Positions 54,719 through 64,000 of a stretch of 64,000 nt of DNA are shown piece after piece. Origin of the DNA: a virus; the IMG/VR virus record IMGVR_UViG_3300032156_000001, positions 1-64,000 of that record; one strand, 5' to 3'. The position numbers and the translations under genes were made by a program. How positions within the stretch are numbered: position 1 is the first letter of the stretch; every line of letters starts with the position of its first letter. Under the pieces are notes generated by a model that saw only the letters and a list, made by a program, of their open reading frames with translations, was not told the DNA's origin and ran no database searches.

Positions 54719-55375
54719 ATGCAGATCAGGGAGGCTATGGGGCACCTGACGGGGTTGTTCGTGGCGGCCAAGCTGGCCCACGAGGGCAATCCCCTGACGG
54801 CGCAGGCGCTTGGGGCGGCCGAGGTGGCGCTCCAGACGCTGTCGGCGTACACCGAAGTCCCTCTCACGGGCTTCAAGAGCGACGAATTGGCGGCCCGGAC
54901 GAAGGTGATGCTGCCTTTGTTCGGGTTGTCTCCACAGCCTCGGCCGGACCCGCTCGCGTCAGCGACGGGCCCGGTCGCAGCACCCACGCCGGACGGCAAG
55001 CCGATGGCGGTTGCGCCAGTCGCGCCGCCCTCGCCGTCCGCAACGCCTGGCCCGCAGGACATATTGCGCCGCAGCTACGCGGCGCAGGTGGCAGGCGGCA
55101 GGCGCACCGTGTCGGCGCCGGAGGACGTTGAGAAGGCGCGCGCCGACGCGCAGTACATCATCGAGAACGCCCCGTTCGTTCCCGAAGCCGGCCAGGAGTT
55201 CGCGACGAGCGTCGCGGCCACGGCGGCTTCCATCCTGGCGACCATAGACAGGACCGACCGCGTCAGCGGCAAGCAGGCCACCGCGCTGGAGAACATGCGC
55301 GGCGGCCTGGAGAAGTGGCTCTTCAGGCGCGGCGAGGAGATGGCCGACGAAGGCGAGTGCATGAGGGACGACTGA
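54719..55375 (+). CDS. hypothetical protein
   Basis: SD GGAGG; Pro-rich linker. Confidence 0.65.
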   Translation: MQIREAMGHLTGLFVAAKLAHEGNPLTAQALGAAEVALQTLSAYTEVPLTGFKSDELAARTKVMLPLFGLSPQPRPDPLASATGPVAAPTPDGKPMAVAPVAPPSPSATPGPQDILRRSYAAQVAGGRRTVSAPEDVEKARADAQYIIENAPFVPEAGQEFATSVAATAASILATIDRTDRVSGKQATALENMRGGLEKWLFRRGEEMADEGECMRDD

Positions 55376-55774
55376 ATGCGCCCCGCCGAGCGCCGGGAGC
55401 GGCGCGCGAAGATGCGCCGGGCCAGGTACGACAGGATGGTCCGGTTCCTTCCGCGCCTGCGCGAGTTCTGCGCCCGCGTCGCGGTAACGATGAGGAAGAC
55501 CGACGGCGGGAACGGCTGGGAATTCCGCCGCGGCGAATACATCCTCCTGTGGACGCCGGCTACCAATACCGTAGTCATCCAGACTACATTGCGCGGCAGC
55601 GCCGACGTGCGCTTCAAGGAGCCCGGCCGTCCAGGCAGGCCGCGCATCCTCGTCGCGCTGGAACGGGTCTGCTCGGTCAGGCCGGGGGTGGCAAATGAGC
55701 CTACGCGAAGTCCCCGTCACCGTGTCGACGGACCAGCCGGCCATGTCGGCGTGCGCGCTGTGCGGCCGGCCTAG
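55376..55774 (+). CDS. hypothetical protein
   Basis: 132-aa ORF. Confidence 0.5.
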   Translation: MRPAERRERRAKMRRARYDRMVRFLPRLREFCARVAVTMRKTDGGNGWEFRRGEYILLWTPATNTVVIQTTLRGSADVRFKEPGRPGRPRILVALERVCSVRPGVANEPTRSPRHRVDGPAGHVGVRAVRPA

Positions 55775-56027
55775 CGGGCCCAATGACGACCCGTTCGTGT
55801 TCATCGAGACTAGCGGCACGCTGTCGGCCCTCGTGGAGTCATACTGCCGGCCGTGCTATAGGAAACTCAGATACTACGCCCTGGCCGACCTGGACAGTTG
55901 GCCCGACATAGATGCTGTCGAGCGCGGCCCTGTCCGATTCAATCTGCCGCCCTGGCTTGTCGTTGGCGGCTCCGGACTCAAGCTGTACCATTCCTGCCAC
56001 GACAAGGCCGAAGGCGAAGGCAGCTGA
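55695..56027 (+). CDS. Zn-ribbon hypothetical protein
   Basis: CALC...CRPC. Confidence 0.5.
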   Translation: MSLREVPVTVSTDQPAMSACALCGRPSGPNDDPFVFIETSGTLSALVESYCRPCYRKLRYYALADLDSWPDIDAVERGPVRFNLPPWLVVGGSGLKLYHSCHDKAEGEGS

Positions 56028-56031
56028 CATC

Positions 56032-56071
56032 GGGGGCGGGGCCGGCGCCGGCCCCGCCCCCGCCCCACTTT
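56032..56071 (+). terminator. strong hairpin / probable terminator
   Basis: GGGGGCGGGGCCGG/CCGGCCCCGCCCCC with a short T run downstream. Confidence 0.5.
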
Positions 56072-56074
56072 CAG

Positions 56075-56103
56075 TTGCGCGATGGCAGAACAGAAGGTAT
56101 AGT
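56075..56103 (+). promoter_or_regulatory. sigma70-like promoter
   Basis: TTGCGC-N17-TATAGT; same -35 as 4459. Confidence 0.55.
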
Positions 56104-56146
56104 GTTAGCGAGACTTACGCCCTACGACTGGTTGGGGGCGAGGCAC

Positions 56147-56455
56147 ATGGCGCTACACGAGCACCATAAACGCAACTTCGCGGCCATAGTTCAGGCTGCC
56201 CGAGACGGCAACGTCGCCGTCGTGGCGGTCAAGAGGAAGACCACCTGCGAGGAAGCCGCTGCGCTCTGTGCCATCTGCCATGAGCCGGACGGTCGCAGCA
56301 CGTTCGTGCCCTTTGCCATCATGGTGGACGGGAACCCGTTCGAGGACTATGAGCTGCTTCTGCCGGACTCCATCACCAAGCCGGCGACCCGCCTTGACCG
56401 CATTGCGGCTGCGCGCCGCAGGAAGGCCGGCGACGGCCCGCCGTCGGGCAACTGA
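56147..56455 (+). CDS. hypothetical protein
   Basis: ATG at 56147. Confidence 0.55.
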   Translation: MALHEHHKRNFAAIVQAARDGNVAVVAVKRKTTCEEAAALCAICHEPDGRSTFVPFAIMVDGNPFEDYELLLPDSITKPATRLDRIAAARRRKAGDGPPSGN

Positions 56456-56464
56456 CCGAAGTTC

Positions 56465-57526
56465 TTGTTGCTTTATCAATCTTGCCGATTACACTCCTTA
56501 CAACTAAGGGAGGGTTGGGCGTTGACGCTTGACGTTCGTGACACGGCTCCGTTGATGGACAGCCAAGAGCCGGCCGACGTGCACGTCCTCTATTCGGCGC
56601 GGCAGCTCGGCAACGACCTGCTGCCCGCTTGGATCGTGCACTTCCTGCGGGAGCACTGGCGGACCGGCGCGCGGGCCTTCGACGTGGACGGCCTGCGTGA
56701 CAGTAGATACAACTCCGACTTCAGCGAATCGGCGAAGGCGCTGGTCCTGCTGGACGCCGTGGAGTTCTACACGAAGAACCGGCTGCGGCTTAACGGGCGC
56801 GCCTGGACCTGCGCCTGCGCGTGGTGCTACGACTCCATCCATCCGTTCAAGACGGCGGCGTTGCCGCCCTCCGAGGTGGGCGTCCACGCCGTGTTCTCCA
56901 ACTGCGCGTCGTTCGTGAAGGAGCTGCCGGCGATGATACCGGCGGCCTTCTGCTGGAAGCCGCAGCGGCCGACGCCGCCGAAGAAGCCTTTCCCGCGGTC
57001 GGGCCGTATAGGGGCGGTGCTGCCCAATGTGGCGGACAGAGACTTCTGCCTGCTTGAGCGCGCGCGGTCCATCGCTGAGTCTGTGGGCAAACCGGCTAGC
57101 TTCACGGTCTATCTGCCGGCGTTCGCGACCATTTCCGATCTGCCCGTCAGTTTGGCGAAGCACGCCGTCGTGGGCGACAGCGAATCGTTCGGGCTGGACC
57201 GGCTCGACGCGGTGATACCCGCGCCGCGCCTGACCGACTACCGGCACGGCATCGTGCCGCCCGAACTGCTTCAGGCCCTCCTGTACGGCAAGCCTGTGCT
57301 GGCGATCTACCATCCTGCGCTGGATGCCGTAGTCCCCCACGCGCATTTCCTGCTGCGGTCGCTGTCGGCGTTCGACGAGGCCGTCGCGGCGGCGCTGGAA
57401 CTCAAGGACCTGCCGAGACTGGACCCCGACGACGAGAATGTGCGCAAGGATCTCAACACGACCCCGGAGCGGTTCGTCGACCTCGTGATGACGGCCGCGC
57501 AGAACTGGCTGAGGAGGAAGCCTTGA
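56465..57526 (+). CDS. GT-B-like glycosyltransferase (C-terminal domain motif); start uncertain
   Basis: LDAVIPAPRLTDYRHGIVPPELLQALLYGKPVLA resembles the GT4 D-x-F-x-x-P...L-E-A-x-x-x-G-x-P-V motif. Confidence 0.5.
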   Translation: MLLYQSCRLHSLQLREGWALTLDVRDTAPLMDSQEPADVHVLYSARQLGNDLLPAWIVHFLREHWRTGARAFDVDGLRDSRYNSDFSESAKALVLLDAVEFYTKNRLRLNGRAWTCACAWCYDSIHPFKTAALPPSEVGVHAVFSNCASFVKELPAMIPAAFCWKPQRPTPPKKPFPRSGRIGAVLPNVADRDFCLLERARSIAESVGKPASFTVYLPAFATISDLPVSLAKHAVVGDSESFGLDRLDAVIPAPRLTDYRHGIVPPELLQALLYGKPVLAIYHPALDAVVPHAHFLLRSLSAFDEAVAAALELKDLPRLDPDDENVRKDLNTTPERFVDLVMTAAQNWLRRKP

Positions 57527-58398
57527 GCGAGTCGGAGCCGGGCCGGATCGACTTCGCCGGCCCCAACAGGCGGTACTGGCAGCTGATGGACGGCGCCGGG
57601 CGCGGCCTGCTCGGCGAGGCCCTGACCGACGATGCCGTGGTGGAGTACACCGACGGCCTGTGGCGGGTGCTGGCGCCCGGCGAGCCGGTCACGATGGCGG
57701 TCCGGCAGATGATGGCCGCCTACGTCGGCAGGACGCTCGACTGGCAGGTGCGCCGCTCGATCTTCTGGCGGCTGGCGGCCGCGTTCGACCGGCTGCTGGA
57801 CAACGAGAAGGTGGACACGCAGTTCACGCAGACGGCGCCGTACTGGACCGGCCTGCGCGTCCTGGACGCCTGGTACTCGCGGCCGTCGCGCGAAGGCAAG
57901 TCGATGGTGGACGTGTCCATGTTCGTGTACGGCGGCCCGTTCGCCGGTCTCGACTTCACGCAGCGGGTGCCGTGGCGCTGGCTGATGCGCGTGCTGGCCT
58001 GGGACGTCGGCTTCACGCGGTTCAAGCGCGTCCACATAGGCGAGCTGGTGCAGGCGCGGCTGATAGGGCTGCTGGACACGTCGGAGGTCGGCCGCCCCAA
58101 GCTGGCGGAGTACCGCGGCAAGGCGGGGATAAAGGCGTTCAACCGGGGGCTCAGGAAAGACAGGCAGTTCTGCCGGCTGGGACTGGCTGGCCATGAGTGC
58201 TGGTCTTGCTGGATGGGCTACGCGTATGAGCCTGGCGTCATGGACCCGTGCATGAAGGCGGCCCACTCGCGGCGATGGGTGCAGCGGCCGTGCAAGGCGT
58301 GCGGGCACGACGGCTGGTTCGACCCGGGGTACGACACGTTCACGTGCCTTCGCTGCGTGGCGCGCGACAACGATCTGAGGCAACGGATAGGCGGATGA
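57523..58398 (+). CDS. hypothetical protein with C-terminal Cys motifs
   Basis: 291-aa ORF. Confidence 0.65.
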   Translation: MSESEPGRIDFAGPNRRYWQLMDGAGRGLLGEALTDDAVVEYTDGLWRVLAPGEPVTMAVRQMMAAYVGRTLDWQVRRSIFWRLAAAFDRLLDNEKVDTQFTQTAPYWTGLRVLDAWYSRPSREGKSMVDVSMFVYGGPFAGLDFTQRVPWRWLMRVLAWDVGFTRFKRVHIGELVQARLIGLLDTSEVGRPKLAEYRGKAGIKAFNRGLRKDRQFCRLGLAGHECWSCWMGYAYEPGVMDPCMKAAHSRRWVQRPCKACGHDGWFDPGYDTFTCLRCVARDNDLRQRIGG

Positions 58399-58568
58399 TG
58401 CCATGCTGCGCTGCCTGCTGTGCGAACTGGTGATGGAGCCGATCGGCATCCCGCCTGCCTGCCCGAACTGCGGGGCCAAGGTGCTGCCGTGCGATCCCGT
58501 CGATGAGCTGAGGACGGTGCAGGACAGGATGGACTGGCTGCGGCAACAGGTAACTCGGAGGACGGGCA

Positions 58569-58991
58569 ATGGTGATGCAGGTTCGGGACGGGAGCGGCAA
58601 GGGCTGGTACGCGCCTAACAGGGACCTTGCGTATGTTCTGCCGTCCCTGGTGAGCGCCACCCTGCACGCGATGGGTGACTGCAAGGCCGTTCCCAACATC
58701 GACGCGGAGTCGGTGGGCAAGGTGGCCGTAGCGCTGGCGAAGATCTTTCTCGATATCGCGGGCGACAAGCCGCCTGACAAGTTCGCAGTCCTGGAGCGCC
58801 TGCTGGAACTGGAGAAGGAGCAGCCGGCCGCCGTCCGCGAGGTGTGCTGGTCGCTCTTCAAGGTGCTCATGGGTGCCTACAGGCAGTGGGTCGGCGAGGT
58901 CAGGCCGAAGACGCCGGACGACAAGCCGCTGGAGACGGCGGAGCTGAAGCAGCTGCTGGCCCGCTTCGCCTCGCCGGAAGGGAAAAGCTGA
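58569..58991 (+). CDS. hypothetical protein
   Basis: 140-aa ORF. Confidence 0.6.
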   Translation: MVMQVRDGSGKGWYAPNRDLAYVLPSLVSATLHAMGDCKAVPNIDAESVGKVAVALAKIFLDIAGDKPPDKFAVLERLLELEKEQPAAVREVCWSLFKVLMGAYRQWVGEVRPKTPDDKPLETAELKQLLARFASPEGKS

Positions 58992-59296
58992 TGAAGGTTC
59001 CGAGAAGAGCCCGCCGGCCGGCTCGTGACTTCCTGGGCAGGCGGCTGACGCGGTTGATCAAGGAGTACCACGAGCACCGCAACCAGCAGTACCGACAGCC
59101 GTGGGACGAGGCGGCGGATCTCCGTAGGATCGAAAGGTGCTGGTCCGTCCGCGCGATCGGCGGCGGGTTCCAGTCGTGCTGCGGCACGTTCCACTTCTAC
59201 ATCCGCGGAAGAAGTGACCACGTCGAGGTGGCCGCGAACAGATACTGGCAGCCCAGGATGGCTGACGGCAGCGTGCCCGGCTCCCTCCTGGGCTAA
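58991..59296 (+). CDS. hypothetical protein
   Basis: TGATG coupling. Confidence 0.55.
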   Translation: MKVPRRARRPARDFLGRRLTRLIKEYHEHRNQQYRQPWDEAADLRRIERCWSVRAIGGGFQSCCGTFHFYIRGRSDHVEVAANRYWQPRMADGSVPGSLLG

Positions 59297-59307
59297 GGAG
59301 GCCGACC

Positions 59308-59952
59308 ATGGTGCTCGATCGCATCGGAAAGCTGTGCCCGGGCGGGAAGCTGCCTAACGACTACATCGTCTTCGACTTGGAGACGACTGGGCGGAGCATC
59401 TATTCCGATCGCGCGATCGAGCTGGGGTTCGTGGGAGTGTCGGACAGGAAGATAGCCTTCGAGCTGTCTTGGCTGGTGAACTGGAACATAGCGGTCCCGC
59501 CCGACGCGACGGCCAAGAATCACATCACGACCGAAATGGCCATGAGCGGGAAGTGGGGCCCGCGGCTGTTGCCGATGCTGCATCCGGTCCTGGAGGATTG
59601 GGCGTCCAGATACGTGTTCGTAGGCCACAACCTGATGAAGTTCGACGTGCCGCTGTTCAGGACCGAGCTGGCCAAGCTGGGGCTGAAATGGAACATCAGC
59701 GAGGACCAGATGATCGACACGCTCGGCATGGCCCGCGCGGTGTTCCTGAAGGAGGGCCCTTCCAACGGGGAGACGCTCGGCGGGTTCATGCGCCGGATGG
59801 TCAACAAGCCTGTCGGCGGCTTCTCTATGGACACCCTGACGGTGGACCTTAAGCTGGAACGGCATCTGAAAGCGGGCGAGACGACCCATAGGGCCGGGCC
59901 GGACTGCCGGCTCGAGCACTATCTTTTGGAGGAGCTTCGCAATGGCGGCTGA
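59308..59952 (+). CDS. DEDDh 3'-5' exonuclease (DnaQ-like)
   Basis: VFDLETTG, VGHNLMKFD, HRAGPDC. Confidence 0.85.
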   Translation: MVLDRIGKLCPGGKLPNDYIVFDLETTGRSIYSDRAIELGFVGVSDRKIAFELSWLVNWNIAVPPDATAKNHITTEMAMSGKWGPRLLPMLHPVLEDWASRYVFVGHNLMKFDVPLFRTELAKLGLKWNISEDQMIDTLGMARAVFLKEGPSNGETLGGFMRRMVNKPVGGFSMDTLTVDLKLERHLKAGETTHRAGPDCRLEHYLLEELRNGG

Positions 59953-60172
59953 GACGTCCGGCGGGGAGAGATTCATTCAAGGCCTATGTACTGGCGGCAT
60001 GATCGCGTTCCTTCTCACGGCTCTTTTTATGGCCGGTCCGATCGAAAGAGACCGGGACGAGTTGAAGGCCGAGGCTGCCAGACGGGGACATGCGGAGTTT
60101 TTTCTGCCGGAAGGCAAATCGTATCCTGTGTGGCGGTGGAAGGAACTTCCCTCTGAGAAGGCCAAGCCATAA
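59942..60172 (+). CDS. small membrane protein
   Basis: Single hydrophobic helix. Confidence 0.5.
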   Translation: MAAETSGGERFIQGLCTGGMIAFLLTALFMAGPIERDRDELKAEAARRGHAEFFLPEGKSYPVWRWKELPSEKAKP

Positions 60173-60181
60173 GGAGACGGA

Positions 60182-60889
60182 ATGTCGATCTTGGTTGCAG
60201 GCATCGACGCCGGGTTCGTGCATACCGGCTGGGCGCTCGTGAAGTTGTACGGCCCGGCCGACCGTCCTGGCAGGCCAGGACAGCCGGCTGGCAGGATGGA
60301 CGAACTGATCAGCGTGGGCGTGATAAGGCCCAAGGACGACGGACTTGTCCCGGCGTCCTTTCATCCCGCGCCGGACTACGCTGTCACGCTGGGCGACAAG
60401 GTCGTGTACTCCGACGCCGGCCTGTGCGTGCGGCTGGTAGACAACCTCTGCGATGTGCTATGGGGCGCTCGGGCCGCGTTCATCGAGCTGCCAAGCGGCG
60501 GGTCGCAGGGTGCGCGGGCGGGCAGGTGCATGGGCATGTCCACCGCGGTCGTCGTGACGACGATGCGGTTGTTCGGCCGGGTGCACGATTCGACGCGGGC
60601 ACCGGTGCTGTTTGAGGGCCATGAGATCTACGCGCCCGACGACGTGGAGAAGGCGCTGGGCATCCACCTGACGCCCGGCGAGGCGAAGGCGATGAAGAAG
60701 GGCGACAAGACCAAGTGGAAGAAGGAGCGCATCCGCGAGGCGGTCGTGCGCGCGTTTCCGGCATTCGACGATTGGCCGCCCGTCAAGAACGACACGCAGG
60801 ACGCCTACGACGCCGTGGCGGCGTTCCTGTGCGCGCGGAAGCGCAATCTGCTGTACGGGGAGTTGGTCCGGCGTATCGAGGAGCGCTAA
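60182..60889 (+). CDS. ruvC: RuvC-like Holliday junction resolvase
   Basis: AGIDAGFVHTGWA, AFIELP, DAYDAVAA. Confidence 0.75.
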   Translation: MSILVAGIDAGFVHTGWALVKLYGPADRPGRPGQPAGRMDELISVGVIRPKDDGLVPASFHPAPDYAVTLGDKVVYSDAGLCVRLVDNLCDVLWGARAAFIELPSGGSQGARAGRCMGMSTAVVVTTMRLFGRVHDSTRAPVLFEGHEIYAPDDVEKALGIHLTPGEAKAMKKGDKTKWKKERIREAVVRAFPAFDDWPPVKNDTQDAYDAVAAFLCARKRNLLYGELVRRIEER

Positions 60890-61078
60890 ATGCAAGTGAA
60901 GAAGCTGTCCGTAATCGTGGAGCCTTCGGTAGCTGACATCGACGATTTGCGCAGAAGCCTGCTGTTCCAACAAGGCTTCTTCCCGGGCGCAAAGAGCGAA
61001 ACGCGGCGTACGGCCGTCGAAACGGCTATCGGGGTCGTCTGCCGCTGGCTGGCTCGCAGGGAAATAGAGATAAAGTGA
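60890..61078 (+). CDS. hypothetical protein
   Basis: 62-aa ORF coupled to its neighbours. Confidence 0.45.
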   Translation: MQVKKLSVIVEPSVADIDDLRRSLLFQQGFFPGAKSETRRTAVETAIGVVCRWLARREIEIK

Positions 61079-62241
61079 GCGAACCGGAGAAAATAGGTGA
61101 AAGGGGAAACATGGCCGTCGAGATTCCAGGCAGGGAAGGCGAGGACAAGATCAGGAAAGCCGAGGCGTTGATAGCCAGCGGGGCGAAGCCGCACATCGTG
61201 AAGCCGGGTCCGGACGGGAAGCCGATGCTGTTCATGCCCGACGGCGTGACGCCGTACGTGCCGCCCAAGGCGGAAGCCGGGCAGGCGCAGGAGGAGAGGC
61301 GCTACGACCTACCCGAGGACGTTCTCGCCGAGGTGAAGCGGATCATCGAGTCGGACCAGGTCGCCGCGACGGCCATGACGACCATCATCCACGCCTTCAC
61401 GCTGGTCGAGCTGGCCAAGATGAAGCTGATCGACAGGGACGACGTGACCGACATCGTCCTGCGCGCCATGGTGATGGTTGCCCATGAGCGGACCTTCGGC
61501 AAGGCCGACATCGAGTCCATCCGGGTCATGCTGAAGAAGCTGGAAGGGCCGATGCCGAAGCTGGCGCGGAAGTGGTTCGCGTCGATGGAGATCGAGGAGC
61601 GGGCCCGCAGGAAGGAGATGAAGGAGAAGGCGGAGCGGCTGGGCAAGGACGGGCTGGCGCTGCCGACGCCGTCGCTGCGCAAGCTGTTCAAGCACGGCTT
61701 CTGGCCGTGCCGCGTCCTGGTCCTGCAGGGGCCGCAGCCCGCTGCGGTGCGCGAGGCGTGCCGGCGCTGCGCCATGGAGCAGCACGCGCGGAAGATAGGC
61801 CGGGTGACCTACCTGGCTGGCGCGATCCAGGAGGGCGAGCAGGCGTACTTCGCCGATAAGGTCGTGCCCGTTGGTGAGTGGTCGGGCATAGCCGCCGGCG
61901 ACGGCAAGCTGCGCACCGGCCTGAACAAGCTGTGCGCCGACGACACGCTCCTGCTGGTGATCGAGAGCCTGGACAACGCCAACCCGACGCCGCCCATCGA
62001 GGGCCAGTTCACGGAGGATTACAAGGCGTCGGCGGTGACGCGGCTGTTCAAGTGGGCGTCGCGGAACCTCGTCGGCGTGATCGTCGGCGACTGCACTGAG
62101 CGGCAGGACAAGCCGACGGACTACGGCGACGACATGGTCCCGCGCTGCAAGGTGGCGCTGAAGGAGCTGGACGCTGCCAAGGCGGAGCCGGGCGCGCTGT
62201 ACATCGGCGACGACCCCCTGGCGCTGAGGACGGGAGGCTGA
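61075..62241 (+). CDS. hypothetical protein
   Basis: 388-aa ORF. Confidence 0.7.
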   Translation: MSEPEKIGERGNMAVEIPGREGEDKIRKAEALIASGAKPHIVKPGPDGKPMLFMPDGVTPYVPPKAEAGQAQEERRYDLPEDVLAEVKRIIESDQVAATAMTTIIHAFTLVELAKMKLIDRDDVTDIVLRAMVMVAHERTFGKADIESIRVMLKKLEGPMPKLARKWFASMEIEERARRKEMKEKAERLGKDGLALPTPSLRKLFKHGFWPCRVLVLQGPQPAAVREACRRCAMEQHARKIGRVTYLAGAIQEGEQAYFADKVVPVGEWSGIAAGDGKLRTGLNKLCADDTLLLVIESLDNANPTPPIEGQFTEDYKASAVTRLFKWASRNLVGVIVGDCTERQDKPTDYGDDMVPRCKVALKELDAAKAEPGALYIGDDPLALRTGG

Positions 62242-62242
62242 C

Positions 62243-62851
62243 ATGGTCGACGTGCTGGATTGGGCGGAGCAGCGGCGCGGCAGCTACCAGGAAGTGAAGC
62301 TGCCGAAGCCGGGTTCGCTCAAGCAGCTGGATGCCGACGGGTATGCCGCGTTCTCGCTGGCGCCCGTCGCGAACTACGTGCCCGACATCGACGACCGGCG
62401 GCTGTTCGGCAGGTTCGCCGGCGAGCCGAACGCCGCCAAGCCCGGCGAGATCCGGGTGGCGGCGTTCGAGCTCAGCTACCCCGCGGTGGCCAACTGCGGC
62501 ATGCACGGCCTTCGGCTGCACTGCATGGATAAGCCCAGCTACGCCTGGTTCAAGCAGTGGATGCTCGCGCAGGGCTTCCTGGACCCGTTCCATGAGAACT
62601 ACTACACGGTCAGGGCCCGCGGCTGCCCGGTGATGGACCCGTTCGTCCACATGTCCAACAAGGGGCCCGACGTGGGAACCTCGCTGGAGGTCTTCGCCGT
62701 GTCGAGCATGCGCGGCAACATGGTCCCGCGGCGCGTCAACCTGCCCGGGCACGACGCCGCGCCGATGTACATCACGTTCACCAGGGAGGAGCCGGATCCC
62801 GAGGTGGTCAAGATCGGGCTGGTCCTGCTGGAGCAAAGGAGGAAGAAATGA
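62243..62851 (+). CDS. hypothetical protein
   Basis: SD GGAGG, 202 aa. Confidence 0.7.
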   Translation: MVDVLDWAEQRRGSYQEVKLPKPGSLKQLDADGYAAFSLAPVANYVPDIDDRRLFGRFAGEPNAAKPGEIRVAAFELSYPAVANCGMHGLRLHCMDKPSYAWFKQWMLAQGFLDPFHENYYTVRARGCPVMDPFVHMSNKGPDVGTSLEVFAVSSMRGNMVPRRVNLPGHDAAPMYITFTREEPDPEVVKIGLVLLEQRRKK

Positions 62852-63114
62852 AGGTCGTCGTCACGCCGATATTTTCCACTGACCTTGCCGAACCGCCCAC
62901 CGACTGGCCGGGACTGACCGTCCGGCCGACGTTCTACCGCGGGAAGCTGCGCGCGAACGCGTTCACCGTCAAGAGCTACACCGAGGGCGGCGAGCTGCTG
63001 TGCACCGCGCTGATACAGGCCAGCGGCAAGGACGGCAGCCTGCACCTGCTGGACGTCAGCGCGCCCGTCACGGCGGAGATCGACAAGCCCGCCGAGAAGC
63101 CGGACAAGAGGTAG
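62848..63114 (+). CDS. hypothetical protein
   Basis: SD AGGAGG. Confidence 0.6.
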   Translation: MKVVVTPIFSTDLAEPPTDWPGLTVRPTFYRGKLRANAFTVKSYTEGGELLCTALIQASGKDGSLHLLDVSAPVTAEIDKPAEKPDKR

Positions 63115-63116
63115 CG

Positions 63117-63557
63117 ATGAACCAGGTCATACGCGTCTTCGACGAACCGGAAGGAAAAGTGGGCGCTCTGTACGTCCTTGTGCAGCGGATCGAGGACGAG
63201 GCGGCCAAGCAGGGCTGGGGGATCCGCTCCGTCTCGGTGGTCATGGCCGACCGTCTGTACAAGGCGGTCGCCGTGATGGACCTGCCCGCCCCGCCCGAGA
63301 TCGTCCAGGAGCCCCGCGACGGGCGGAAGGACATCCCGCTCAAGGCCGGCGCGACGGCGCCGACGGTGCCGGCCTTCCTGAAGACCCCTGACGGGCTGAG
63401 GCCCGTGCAGGCGATGGCCGGCGTCTTCGGCGTGCCCGAGGGCGAGAAACTGTCGCCGACGGACGACGAGCCCGCGCCGCCGCCGCTCCTGTCGAAGTCG
63501 TGCGACCTGCGGAAGTACGGCGATGTGTTCGGCAACTTGGAGGAGCCCCATGCCTGA
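63117..63557 (+). CDS. hypothetical protein
   Basis: ATG at 63117. Confidence 0.6.
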   Translation: MNQVIRVFDEPEGKVGALYVLVQRIEDEAAKQGWGIRSVSVVMADRLYKAVAVMDLPAPPEIVQEPRDGRKDIPLKAGATAPTVPAFLKTPDGLRPVQAMAGVFGVPEGEKLSPTDDEPAPPPLLSKSCDLRKYGDVFGNLEEPHA

Positions 63558-63885
63558 GAATCCGGAGACGAAATCGACGGTGCCGGGACAGCCGCGGAAG
63601 GCGTCCTGCATCGCAGTGGTCCTTCCCGCCAAGGAGGGGGCGATACCCGTTCGCTTAGTCGCAGACAGCATTGATGACTTCCTGCCGCAACTCCACAAGA
63701 CGCTCATGGAAGTCAAGCACGGCTGGGCCACGCTGGTCATAGACGGCCAGCTGGCCAAGCTCTCGAACCCTATTCAGGTCTTCGTGCTGCGCGCGACTGT
63801 GAACGGTGGGCCGGTCGAGCATTCCGTCCACGCTACCGGCGCCCCGACGTTCGACGAAGGCGGCCGTTTCGACATCCTCAATTGA
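63550..63885 (+). CDS. hypothetical protein
   Basis: SD GGAGGAG. Confidence 0.6.
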   Translation: MPENPETKSTVPGQPRKASCIAVVLPAKEGAIPVRLVADSIDDFLPQLHKTLMEVKHGWATLVIDGQLAKLSNPIQVFVLRATVNGGPVEHSVHATGAPTFDEGGRFDILN

Positions 63886-63951
63886 AGCCGCCGGACGTGA
63901 AAGCCTAAGTGAAAGCCCTTACGAAGCCGACGTAGAAGCCGACGGTAAGCC
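63885..63951. repeat. six phased AAGCC direct repeats
   Basis: AAGCC starts at 63885, 63901, 63913, 63924, 63936, 63947. Confidence 0.65.
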
Positions 63952-64000
63952 GGAAGTCCGCGGCGGCCTGCGCGCTCGCGCGGCCGGCGGCAACCACCGG

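Overview
A GC-rich, densely coding 64-kb segment of what is almost certainly a large tailed-phage (Caudoviricetes-like) genome. Nearly all genes are on the + strand, and a lone terminase large subunit gene is on the - strand. The window holds a DNA replication/recombination block: Mre11/SbcD, Rad50/SbcC, SF2 helicase, DnaB-like helicase, primase, a UDG-like/PolA fusion with an intein, RecA-like, DnaQ-like exonuclease and RuvC-like. It also encodes a FliA/WhiG-like sigma factor, three glycosyltransferase-like genes and many small hypothetical genes. The most notable content is: (1) a Ro60/TROVE gene followed by an RNA cluster of five co-varying Y RNA-like elements (one YrlA-type tRNA mimic, one long variant, three ~60-nt minimal tandem copies) flanking a complete tmRNA; (2) directly downstream, a Ubl/E2/JAB/E1 ubiquitin-like operon; (3) a standalone 148-aa RAMP (Cas7/Csm3-like) gene inside the replication cluster, with no CRISPR array or other cas gene in the window; (4) recurrent cis-elements: a TTTCCAA-N4-TTGGAAA palindrome (5 copies), a 36-bp duplicated promoter-like motif, a (CT)n/(AG)n cruciform and phased AAGCC repeats. 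All assignments come from motif recognition by eye; no database searches were run.
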